Part shown: piece by piece, positions 1-14,600 of the stretch
Layout of the letters: the number at the start of each line of letters is the position of its first letter
Position numbering within the stretch: the first letter of the stretch is position 1
DNA from: Antechinus flavipes
Lineage: Eukaryota
Assembly: GCF_016432865.1 (NCBI RefSeq)
Contig: NC_067401.1
Span: 112,096,001-112,160,000 of the forward strand
DNA: 64,000 nt
Direction of reading: 5' to 3'
The notes under the pieces: generated by a model
Databases searched by the model: none
The model's input: the letters and a program-made list of their open reading frames with translations, nothing else
Told to the model about the DNA's origin: nothing
Translations under genes and position numbers: made by a program

Positions 1-129
1 ATCCAGTGTTCTGCATTTCAAAAACCCAGAAAACCCTGGGTTTGAGCAAGATCAAATAGGGCCAAGCATCATAGCCCTCCCCCTACCCAAAAAAGGGTGG
101 GGACAAATAGCAGCAAGGGGACAGTGCCA

Positions 130-2190
130 GACCCTGGCATAAAAATCTCAATTCAAGAACTAAAGTTGGAGAGATGAGTAAATTTTTAAAAATACTGACC
201 AGTATACAAAAATTATCACAACTCTAAAGAGTACCCCCCAAAGAGAATGACAACTCTAATAATTGCCAATAGAAACCCAGAAGAAAAAAATAGATTTTCC
301 ACAAGGACTATATGAACACTTAGAAGAAATGAAACACTGAATAAGGAAAAATGAAATCAAAGCTCTGGAGAAAAAATTGAAAGGAGAATAGGTTAGAAGA
401 GAAAATAGTAAGCTTTACCCAGGAAATGAACTCCCTAAAAACAAGAATAGACCAAAGAGGAATCAATTGTACCATGAGACAGCAAGAAATACTAGAATAT
501 TAAAATTTTTAAAACAAAAGTATGTTAGCTGAGATGAAAAACAACTGACTTAGAAAGTAGGTAAAAGAGAGATAATTTAGGAATTTAGGAGAGAGGAATT
601 TAGGAATTTAGGAACTTAGAGGACTGAAGATCAAACACTACACTCACCTCTTACCAAAGAGGTATTGCAGTCACATACATTTTTGGATATAGGCTCTAGA
701 AATTTGTTTTGCTGGACTGCATATATTTGTTGTAAAGTTTTTAGTTTTGTTATTTTAATTGTTCAAATAGTGGAGGAGCAGTGGGTGGAAAATTAATGCC
801 TGTAAAAAGAAATACTTTTTTAGGGAAAAAAATTCATTGGATTAGGTAAAAAATTAACATTTTGATAAAAACTTTTAAAAAACCTTTTCACTAAAATTAG
901 CATTTTAGTAAAAACTATACTTCAAGACATAAATGAAAACTTCCTGGATCCATTAGAATCAGTGGACAAAGCAACATCACTGACCAACTACTTTTGGAAC
1001 TCCAAAAGAAGTATAAGAAATGTCATAGCCAAGATAGAAATACTAAAAACATGCAGAAAGAAATAGTTCAAGTACCAAGTGACTGAAGGCAATCATTTAA
1101 AATCTGGAAATCTCTACAATAAAAGAGAAGACTTTGGAATACAATATTCCAAAACCCAAAAGAAATAGATTTATAACCAAGAATAATTTTTAAAAACTCA
1201 ACATAATACTGAGGAGGAAAAAAATGGACAATTTAAAGATTATAAGATTTAAATTTTAAGCATTTCTGAAGAAAATAAATAGAAACTCTAAAATGCAGAA
1301 ATGAGTCCAGAGAAACATAGAAAGGAAAACTTAATTTTTAAAATTAGAAAGAGCTATAGGATGATGCAGAGCTAACAGTGCAAGAAAAGTATCCCTACAG
1401 AAATTTAATGTCTTCAAAGGGTTTTAAGGGAGTTAAATAAGAAAAACAAAGTGGTCAGAGTGAATCAGTTCTGAGAGCTTAAAGATAGTAAAGAAGTGAG
1501 AATAAAACAAATCTAGAAAAGGCAAAACGAGTATAGAAAGGAGGAAGAAGGGGGAAGAACTTCCTATTTTGCATGTTTGAAAGGCAAGGGAATATACAAA
1601 CATGGAGTGGATGAATTGTGTATCATCTCTCATTTTTATATTAAATGGAAAAAAGGAGGGTGAAAAACAGTTTGGTATAGAAATATATATATATATATAT
1701 ATAGAAATACATCAAATTCAATAAGGAAAAAAGTAGGGGTAGAAGAGTGGTTAATATTGTTTTAAGAACAACTAAGTCATTTTGATTATTGTACACAAAT
1801 TTAAAAAATAAAAGACATATGGAGGAAAATGCTACCTGCAAAGAAAATACAAATAGAATGTGCAGAAAAAGTATATATATATATATATATATATACACCT
1901 GTATACTTGGGAGGGAATAGCTATAAGAAAAACAAACTTCTAGCCTTAAAAGAGAAAGTAAAAAGCAGAGGGGGGGGGGGGGGGAGAAGAATAGGGGAGG
2001 GAACAAAGAACTAGGCTCAATGGAATACTTTAAATTGCCTCCTAAACAATTGTATGATGGATCAACAAATTATGACATATGAACCTACAGCAATATTATT
2101 GTATTGTAAGAAATAATAAAAAGAAGCAATTCAGAATTCAGAAAATCCTGGATAGTATGAATTGATGCAGAGTGAACCAAGAAACCAATT
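130..2190 (+). mobile_element. Degenerate LINE-1 remnants (ORF1-like, inter-ORF and ORF2 3' pieces)
   Basis: A-rich, L1-like sequence with no intact ORF. The segment at ~2030-2190 resembles the L1 ORF2 C-terminal coding region. (AT)n tracts near 1684-1702 and 1872-1894 and a G-run near 1969-1984 interrupt it. Boundaries are approximate. Confidence 0.55.
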
Positions 2191-2194
2191 TATT

Positions 2195-3085
2195 TTATTT
2201 TTCCAAATACATGTAGTTTTCAACACTCATTTTTAAGATTGTATTCCAAATTTTTCTCCTCTCCATGACAGCAATCTGATATAGATTGAACAAATGCAAT
2301 TCTTTTAAACATATTTCCATATTATGTTTTGCAATGAAAATGAGACCAAAAGAGAAAACCCTGAAAAAGAAAAAGCAAACAAAAGATGAAATACTATGCT
2401 TCAATTTAAAACTCTCTGGATGCAGATGGCATATTCCATCCCAAGTCTATTGGAATTGCCTTGAAACACTAATATATAAGAACCAAGTCCATCATATTTG
2501 ATCATCACATGTTACTGTGTACAATGTTTTCTTGGTTCTGCTCACTTCACTTAGCATCAGTTCATGTAAATCTTTCCAGGCTTTTCTGAAATTAGCCTGT
2601 TCATTATTTCTTACAGAATAATAATATTCCATTACCTTCATAACTTATTCAGCTATTCCCCAATTGGTGGCCATCCACTCAATTTTCAGTTCCTTGCCAC
2701 TACAAAAATTTTTGCATATGGATCCTCTTCTTTCTTTCATGATCTCTTTGGGATAAACTCAATAGCAAATCTGATGGATCAAAGGTAGGCATAGTTTTAT
2801 AGTTCTCTGGGCTAAACTGAGAGATATGAAATGGTGCCTTAGAGTTATCTTAATTTGCATTTTTCTAATCAATAGTAATTTAGAGCATTTTTTCATATAA
2901 CTAGAAATGGCTTTAATTTCATCTGAAAATTATCTGTTCATATCCTTTGACCAATCATCAACTGGAAAATGACTTGTATTCTTATAAATTTGAGTCAGTT
3001 CATATATTTTGAGGTCTTTTTCAGAAATATTGGCTGTAAAAATTGTTTCCTAGCTTTCTGTTTCCCTTTTAATTTTGGCTGCTAG
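2195..3085 (-). mobile_element. LINE-1 3' fragment (ORF2 end and 3' UTR), minus strand
   Basis: Contains typical reverse-complement L1 ORF2 motifs (ttctgctcacttcacttagcatcagttcatgtaaatc; gcatttttctaatcaatagt; ttttttcatata). Degenerate. Confidence 0.75.
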
Positions 3086-3929
3086 AAAACCAATTTATAC
3101 CAGGATATATTATAAAGAAAAATTCTGAAAAACTCAAAAATCCCTGTCTTCAGAGGACTTACAGGTGAAATTTGCTGTCTATCTCCTGATGGAGAGATGT
3201 TGAACACAGTGCAGAAATACTTTAAGACCAAGTCATTGTGTGAACTAATTTTGCTTGACTATACTTGTTTCAAGAATCTTGTTTTTTAGTCTTCTTGTTA
3301 AGGAAGAGGAAGAGGTTAGCATTAATAATGCATTAAAAAGAGGGCCATTAAAACTTTTTTTTATGAATGCACAAGAGAGGAAGAACTGACAAGAACAGTT
3401 TTGCAGTTAATTTATTTTACACTTAAAAGGACAAACAATCTAAATGGAGATTTAGGATTTCACAGAGACTCCTTTTCACAATCTGCTATGTGTATGTAGT
3501 GTTTCAGTTTAGAGCATAAAAATAAATAAAACGAAGACGTTAATCTAATGACCTCTGAAATCTCTTGAAACAGCAAAAATGGATTAGACTACCTCCCTTA
3601 CTCTTTCTTTAAGTCATGTGTCTCCTTCTCTGAGGGTCTTATCAAATAGCCAGCATTTGATAACATACTAGTTACTTCTTACTAAATGTGCTGGGTTAGG
3701 ATTGTTGTGATTGTTTAAAAATATTGATCCTGATAACTTTATTTCCTATTGAGGGATGTTCTTAACTAAGAACACTAATAATTCATTCAAGTACAAGAAT
3801 GCAAGAATATTTATACTTGATTCTCATTCATTATGAAGGGAAGACAGATCAAAGAAAAACAAAAGGCCCGGGCTAGGCCTAGAAGAGCTAGACATACCAT
3901 GAGACTGAGGCAATAGCATAAATAAAGAT

Positions 3930-3935
3930 TTTATT
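3930..3935 (-). terminator. HAX1: Probable HAX1 polyadenylation signal AATAAA
   Basis: TTTATT on the + strand, ~190 nt downstream of the HAX1 stop codon. Confidence 0.6.
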
Positions 3936-4122
3936 TGGGAGGCAGCAAGGGCAGGGGAGAAAAGTGTAGGATATCTTTTCCTTTGTCTATTATCCCCCCA
4001 CCCCCAGAATACCCTCGCTGTGGCAGGAAGAGCAGCTGAGCCAACTAGTGATGTCAGGAACCAGATGGCAATGATTGGGGCAAGGACGGGAGGGATGGAG
4101 TCCTCCAAGGTATCAACTTGGA

Positions 4123-6837
<2,715 letters not shown>

Positions 6838-8550
6838 TCCTCAAGCAGAACTCGAGTTCTCTCTGTCCTGGAAACCCCAAGCCCCTGCGGGCGCCGGATG
6901 GCGGAGCTCCGCCACACTGCCGGAAAGTGCCTTAGGTCAAGGAGGGCTGATTCAGCCACACTGCTGGAAAGCGTGAGGGCAGCCCGACCAAGCTATGGGA
7001 AAGCGAGCAAGACGGGCGGATTGCCCGGCCACCGTACTGTAGATCTACATACACTCTAAAAGGTAGTCCCGACACTGATGGAAAAGTTGTCATACTGTCG
7101 TAAAACGAACGTGAGAGCGGGCTCATGGGAAAGTGGGAGAGGCGGACCGGCAGGAGGCGGGGCACGGAGGCGATTGGCTGGAGGCTGACGGAAGCCGGAT
7201 GAGGCTGAACCGAGGCGGAGGAGGACTGGCTTTTACTCCCGTGAGATCCGTGGTTTGATGTGGGGGGCGGGAATGGTGGTGGTTGGGGCTTCTCGATTGT
7301 GAAGGTATTGGGAGACGTGCTTATAGAAGCAGAATCCCTGTCTCCTCTTCTCCGTCGGGTCTTTTAAGGGTCACCCTCCTGGGGAGGGACCGGCAGCTCC
7401 AACTAGCCGGCACTACTCTTCCCCCTTCTATCCACGCCCCCTTTGTATCGAAAACCTTGGGCACCAAAGCCTTCCAAGCCCCGTGGCCCTCGAGGGGAGG
7501 AGGGCCGAAAGCAGTCCGTGCGACTGGAAAGCTCGGAGCTCTGGGGTTGGAGCCGCGGAGCTCGGGCAGGAAGGAAGAGGGCTGGGGCTCGGTTTGACCA
7601 GAAAACCTAAGCCAGAAACAGTGCCGGGTCTCGGGCACAAAGCTATCCCGTTGGCACCTCCCCACGGCCACCCACGCCCCGCCTACCCAAGCCCTGCAGG
7701 GAAGCTTGGCAAGCCAGGCCCTCGGGGAGAGCGGAACCAGAGCAAGAAAAGGGGGCAGCCTCCTCCGTGGAAGAGTACGGGGTATAATATGCAAACGAGA
7801 CAAAAAGCCTCAGGACAACGGGGCCTCGCATTGGCCGAGATCCAGGTGACCACCCCTCAGATGCCTGTCAGCTCGGACGTTCTAAAGTTCTGATTCTTGC
7901 CAGGCTGGTACGTCTAAAAGCAAGATGGACAAGATGTCTCTTCGAGACACTTTCAATGTCTACAAAGGCAGATGCGGAGACATGACACGGACTTCCTCCG
8001 TCCTTGCCCCTAATTATTAAACTTTGTAGAATAGGAGCATGGCTCCTTTTTGCCTCTAGAGTAGGGTAGATCCTGAAAGGGGGGCAATGATGAGATGGAA
8101 AGGGAAGCTGGAGATGGGTGGTGGCCAGGCGAGGGGTCAGATGGGTTTATTGCGATCTCCTCCTCCCCCAAAAGTATGCTCCCTATTCCACCCCTTTACC
8201 TAAACAAGACCCCCCCCCTCCCCCCTCCCCCAGTGGGAAATGTGGGAGAACAGAAAGAACTGGTATGGTCTTTGATCACACCACACCGAACACAAACTGG
8301 TTCTGCCAGTGTCATGTACCCTACTCCTGGATACTTCCCAAGTAGTTTGTTTAGAGCAGCCCATGTTTCATTGCTTTTCTGTCTGAAAACATTGTTTCCA
8401 ATCCAATTTCTCCCCACTGCCCTTCTCACTCCCTAGTTTAACACTAAAGGTGAGGTGCTTCTGAGAACTGAGCTGAATGACTCTCAGGGTCAGGAAGAAG
8501 GGGACACCGGCACATCATAGTTAGGAGTTGTTAAAGGGCGAAGAGTTCAT

Positions 8551-8556
8551 TTTATT
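8551..8556 (-). terminator. UBAP2L: Poly(A) signal of the distal UBAP2L terminal exon
   Basis: TTTATT on the + strand, 50 nt past the TAA at 8608-8606. Confidence 0.65.
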
Positions 8557-8605
8557 CCACTGCCTTCGGAGCCTGCTAGTGGAGGCCCAGTTGGTACAGT
8601 AATAC

Positions 8606-8644
8606 TTATTCACCCAGCTGGTCATCAGGGAGACTGAGGACATC
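8606..8644 (-). CDS. UBAP2L: UBAP2L distal alternative last exon (DVLSLPDDQLGE*)
   Basis: Acceptor tctag|GAT at 8644 is phase 0, compatible with exon 26 ending ...QQDGQ. It resembles the recalled human isoform end DILNFVDDQLGE. Confidence 0.8.
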   Translation of the reverse strand, partial: DVLSLPDDQLGE

Positions 8645-11600
8645 CTAGACGAAGNNNNNNNNNNNNNNNNNNNNNNNNNNNNNNNNNNNNNNNNNNNNNN
8701 NNNNNNNNNNNNNNNNNNNNNNNNNNNNNNNNNNNNNNNNNNNNNNNNNNNNNNNNNNNNNNNNNNNNNNNNNNNNNNNNNNNTTCATGACTTTTGTTTT
8801 GTTTTCCTAATAATAAAAAGGGAGACTTAGGACTGTTGGGCTGATGATATCTATTTGGAGTCCTCTCCCCCAGCTACTTCCCACCACCAGGGTGAGTAGG
8901 AAGAGGAAGAGGAAGGCCAGAGCCCACAGCAAAGAGTTTCATAATCTTGAATGCAGGGGTAGTGTGGGGAGAGAAGAAAAAAGAGAAAGGAAAAAATACA
9001 AATCCTATATTACATACAAGAGGATAGGTAGGAGAGGAAAGAAATGGGCCTTCAGAAGTGAAGCTGAGGCCTGGGGCAGGCTGCGGGGGGGCAGCAGGAC
9101 CCTCCGCTCCACGTGCTTTTGTGTTGTAGCTGTTTCCTTAGGTGCCAGGCTGAGAGGCCCTCTCGGCAGGTAGGGGGGCCAAGGANNNNNNNNNNNNNNN
9201 NNNNNNNNNNNNNNNNNNNNNNNNNNNNNNNNNNNNNNNNNNNNNNNNNNNNNNNNNNNNNNNNNNNNNNNNNNNNNNNNNNNNNNNNNNNNNNNNNNNN
9301 NNNNNNNNNNNNNNNNNNNNNNNNNGAGGGGAGGAGGGAAGGGAAGGACAGGGAGGAGAAAGGAGGCCAGTTAGCAGGGACTTTTGGGTGGGAAGGCCTG
9401 GGAACTGTCATGTTCCTCCATTTCTCCTCCTGCCAAAAGACCATTCAAAGGCTACACTTTCCCTTAAACCCTTAATCCAAAGAAGTTGTCTGCATAATTG
9501 GTGGAACCTTTGGAAGTTCTAGTCCCTCTCCGGTCAGCAAAAGCATAATTCTGATTTCAAGACAAGAAAAGGCAGAGGGTAGGATGCCTTCAGAGCTCAT
9601 CTAAGAGACTAAATCAGTTTCTGATCATTCATCTTATCCCTCTACTTCACCAGAAAGGTCAAACATCTGGAAAGAGCTTCTCAGATGAGCAATCAAAAAA
9701 GTTTAACTTTTTTTGATTCAGTTTAACTGATTTTGATGCCTGTGACTAAAAGCTGCCTTAAAAACAAAGGAGCACTGCTTTCTGCTGTGGAGACAGGGAG
9801 AGTAACTAACAGAAGGCTCCACTACACCTCTTCCGCCCACATGCCTCCCCCCAGGGGGTCACTGGACCCTTATATATTTAGCAGGGTATTGCAGGGAGAC
9901 ATGGCTAAGGCCTCCAAGATTCAGATGCTTTCCCAAGAACCCTATCCACTCTAGTAGACAAATGCCTTCTACAGTTGGGAAGAGAGAAAAGGAGAGGAGG
10001 AGAAGGGAAGGGGAGGCCGGAGAGCCCAGCAGGGTGTGTGAGTGTGTCTATGTGTGTCTGTGTATCCCGATTTGTGGCCGCGCAATCTTTCTTCTCCTTG
10101 ATTTCCCCGGGGCTGTGGCAAGTGGGGTTTGGGACTGGCAGAGGGTAGGTATAATTATNNNNNNNNNNNNNNNNNNNNNNNNNNNNNNNNNNNNNNNNNN
10201 NNNNNNNNNNNNNNNNNNNNNNNNNNNNNNNNNNNNNNNNNNNNNNNNNNNNNNNNNNNNNNNNNNNNNNNNNNNNNNNNNNNNNNNNNNNNNNNNNNAG
10301 GGAAAGCTATAGTGGCAGGATTGGGGAGGGGTGGGGCATGGTCCAGGGCTATTGGGAAAATATGGGGGACAAAGTGTGCCACATTGGGGAGGGGACTCAA
10401 ACCCCCTCCAGATACCTATCGGGCTGAGCAAAGAGCTCCCCAACCTGGCCCCCTCTCTGTCAACTCCCTTGCCGGCCGCTTGTGTCGTGTACGCTTGTGT
10501 CTGTGTGTGTTGTGTGCCCATGGCCGGCGCTGGGGATAGATGGGGAAAGGGAGGGGAAGAGGGAAGGGGGAGGCAGCTTTAAGGAGTGGTAGGGAAAAGG
10601 ATCAGTGGGGGAAGAAAGACAAGAGGGGGAGAGTGTGTTACCTGGCCATCCTGCTGCAGGTGATGGTGGAGGATCTGGGAGTGTGGCTGCTGATGGGGGG
10701 TCAGGATGTGCATAAATGGGGCTGGCGGATAGGCAGCGGCTGTGGCCGGATTGATGGGCCCTCCACTCCCCAGGGCTGAAGGCAAGTTGAAGGAGGCAGC
10801 AGGAGTCCCAGAATGAAAACCTTGTTTCTCAAAGGACTGCTGTTCAGGGATGGGGGAAAGCACAATGGCATGCATCAGCAGGGCCATTCCTGACTACTTC
10901 CAATTCTCTATCCTATAAACTTCATCCTTCCTTCTTGATAATTCCTTGAACTAGATTGAAAACTCCGAGAGCAAGATTTCCACTGTCTTTTATTCTTGCA
11001 TGTATACAATGTGACTACAAATTAAAAGTGCCAGTGACACTAAATGAGTTTAGAGTTGTTATGCCTAAAGGTAGGTACCATTCGTTCTTAGAAGAAATAG
11101 TAGTTTGAAAATTCTTGGGTACTAAAGGCCTTGAAAATGAGATATCTCTCCGAAATGCTTCATAAATTATAATAAACTCTTGATCAGCTGCCATCATAAT
11201 GGAACAGTAAGAAACCAAATCTGTGAATAATCTCAAAAAGCCTTACTAAAATCCTACTTCTCTCCTACCATCACTTTCTCTATTTGTCCACCTCAGGAAT
11301 GACAGGGACCAAAAATCAAGATGCCTTGTGAGGGCCAAAACAATCTGTTACTGAGCTGGCTACTCATTTTTACATGTCATTTCCTCTCTTTTCATTCTGA
11401 AGCAGGGAGGGATAGAAAGGATAAACCTAGAGAAGATATGGAGATATCTTTTTTAAGATCAAAAGCCCTGATCTTAGAATTTGGGTCTCTTGACACATAG
11501 ACCAAGGCCTACTCTGTTGTCACAACACAACATCTTCACCAGCAGTCTTTCTCTACCTCTGCTGAGTGAGCTAAGGACCTACCTGAGTTTTGGAGTACAC

Positions 11601-14600
11601 AGAACCCGAAATATCTGGCACGCCTGTATTACTGGAGGTGACTGATACACCTGAGAAAGGAAGAAATAGATAGCAGGATTAACATAGCTAACTGTCCTTT
11701 TTCCCTGGTCCCTGAGTCAGTGGAGGTGAAAGTGGATTGGTAGGGGGAGGTCAAAGTGAAGGTATCTGAGGCTCTTCCAACTAGATTATTGCATGGGAAG
11801 CTTCAGTCCAGTGCTAAACAATGAAAGCCATGATAAAAAGGCTTCTTAGGAATTAATTAGCTTGTTTTGTTCCTGGCTGTAAGTTAACGGCTGATAATCC
11901 AGCTTCCAGTGAAGCCTACATCCAAATCAGAGTTAACACAATCTCCAGGACCATCTGTCCCAAATCCCAATGGGAATCCAAAAGCTTTTAAAAGTTAATT
12001 TTAAATCATTTTGCCCTTCCACTTTCCCACACCAATTATTTCTACTTCAATAGGCACTAAAACAATATCCAAACACCAAAGGAAATCCTGGGCTCTAGAG
12101 CCATATTGTCAAGGTAAATGCCAAAACAGTAGAGGCCAACTTGGATCTAAAGCCAGTCTCCCTTACCTGACCTCCATGCTCACTCAGAAGTCGTGACAAT
12201 CTCAATTTACACCAATAAAAGTCTGCTAGAGGTATAAATGAGGCTGGCACCCAGATCACTATGTAGGCAATGGCCAGAGAAGTCCACATGGAATAGAGAA
12301 TCCAAATGCTACTTATAGTTCTGTCATCTCAGTTACTAGTTTTAAGTCAGATATCCTGTCTTACATCTTCCTGACAGGAAGTCCCTCCTACTGCCAGTTC
12401 CAAGGGAATCAAGAGAGGGATACAAACCATTTGCTACAGTAAGCAAACCACAGTTGAAGATCCCTCCACCTGTTATCCTTATACATAGTTCACATTCTAT
12501 CTCTTAACACTGGAGGTACTCATTCCAGACCTAGAATACAAGTCCTCCTTTACATTCAAACCCATCTTGTCAGCTTCCAGTCATCTCAAAATGGAGGCTG
12601 TATATATCAACTGAAACCTTTCCAGTAGAGAAGGGGAAATCCTAGGCAGAAAATCCTCCCCCATACAAGACCAGGTGCAAGAAGCTCCTAACTGACAACA
12701 AATATTTCCTGATTTTCAGGGTAGCCTCCATTCTATATCTCAAGGCACCACAGATACATTAACAGGGGAAAGGACAAAGAGTACTGTCAGTAGTTAGTTT
12801 CCTTTTAATCCCTAGGTGTTTCTCTTGACTAAATTTGTAATGAAAACAAAATTTCTAAGGTCCCAGTCACAAGGACTTAAAACTTTAAAAAAAAGTATGC
12901 CCTATGTAGGAAGGCAGCATTGGTGCTAGATTAGAGAAGAGTAATTTTAGAAAACAAACCCGAATTCAACACAGATTTGCCTTTACTACTGGAGACAGCT
13001 AGCTGATAGTGCTGGGGGAGCCCTTGGGAAATCAGGGGTCATTGACATTACAGAATGAAGGGCTAGGCTTTCCATTTGTGGGTGGGGAGAAATGTGAGTC
13101 CTTTATAACACTTTGTCTTATCGGGGCCACAGTTCCCATGATAAGTATCCTTGTGGGGAGAGGAAGAGACAGAGACAGAGAAAGAAGAAAATCCTCAGTC
13201 TCACAGCTATGAAGTAAGGAAATACATTAACAACTAGAAGGCTCTTCAGTCCAATTCAGGGATTAGGTAAAATCCTTTCAAGATTGCAGATGCCCTCCTC
13301 CCCAAAGGAACATTTATAATCATATCATTATAGCGTGAGAGGCTGTAACAGAAGAAACAATTAAGAACATCTTCCAGGAAGTATGGTTAAACCTCAAGCA
13401 CCTATGATTGGGGGAAATTGATCAAATCTCCATAGTATATCATTTAAGGGTACCAACAATCAGAAAAAAGATCAAAGGAGAGGTAAATGGCTAGGTAACT
13501 TGCTAACCAAGAACAGAAAATTGGGCAAGAGAGACTATTTAATGAATTTGACATCTGTTCTCCCAAAGAAAGGTCTAGCTCCACATCCAAAATGAATCCA
13601 TCAAAAAGAAGGCTGATATGTGCAAACTGAATTGGGAAGGGAGCCAAGGAAAAGACACTGACAAAACCTTACCTATAGGCCCTTGGTTTTATCCAAAATC
13701 CATGAGGACCACTAAAGAACCATGTGTCCTTGAAAGAAAAAAAGTAGAGTGCCCTACCTCTAAGTAGAGAGGATTCATAAAGGGACCAAAACAAAGGTTA
13801 AGTGGATGCTAATGACCAAGTCATATCTGAGTCAACCCCTTGGTCTTCAAGAGGCAGGAATAACAGTTAAGTCAATGAAAATATTTTCCCCAAACTCTGG
13901 ATCCCCAATGCCAGTTCTTCTATCTTTCTTAACATGGGTACCTCAATACTACCCAAAATGCCTTGCCTTAGAGTAGAGACAAAGAGGGATTAATGGAAAG
14001 GTAAACAGAGATTAAGCTTGGGAAATCAGGAGTTCCCTATAAATTTAACTTTCCTCAATAACCAATAGGCTGGGAACTGAGACTGATACCCTCTTCCTGA
14101 GAAGGCCACCATGTACCAAAAAGTTAACCAGTGGCTTCTCTGGCTGTGCTGGGGTTTAATTGACAAGATCATCCTTCCACCCTTCCATCCCCCATATCCA
14201 CAGCACAATATTAGCTCCTGTNNNNNNNNNNNNNNNNNNNNNNNNNNNNNNNNNNNNNNNNNNNNNNNNNNNNNNNNNNNNNNNNNNNNNNNNNNNNNNN
14301 NNNNNNNNNNNNNNNNNNNNNNNNNNNNNNNNNNNNNNNNNNNNNNNNNNNTGTGCATTGCGGCTTCGGAGGCGCTGCACCGCTTGTACTCGAAACGGTT
14401 AAGACGGGGTCAGACACACTGGGGGAGGGGAGGGGAGAGGGGCAGGTTCAAAAGCCCAGAAGGTATCCACCAACTCATTCCCCCAAGCCNNNNNNNNNNN
14501 NNNNNNNNNNNNNNNNNNNNNNNNNNNNNNNNNNNNNNNNNNNNNNNNNNNNNNNNNNNNNNNNNNNNNNNNNNNNNNNNNNNNNNNNNNNNNNNNNNNN

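Noticed and set aside
7283-7893. ORFs of 104-160 aa upstream of HAX1 and a possible plus-strand donor near 7303
   Set aside because: CpG-island artefacts with no homology and no supporting exon structure.
14352-14417. Apparent coding exon (VSDPVLTVSSTSGAAPPKPQCT) after ccccag
   Set aside because: In the phase required after exon 24 it stops after six codons, and the sequence matches recalled 3' UTR.
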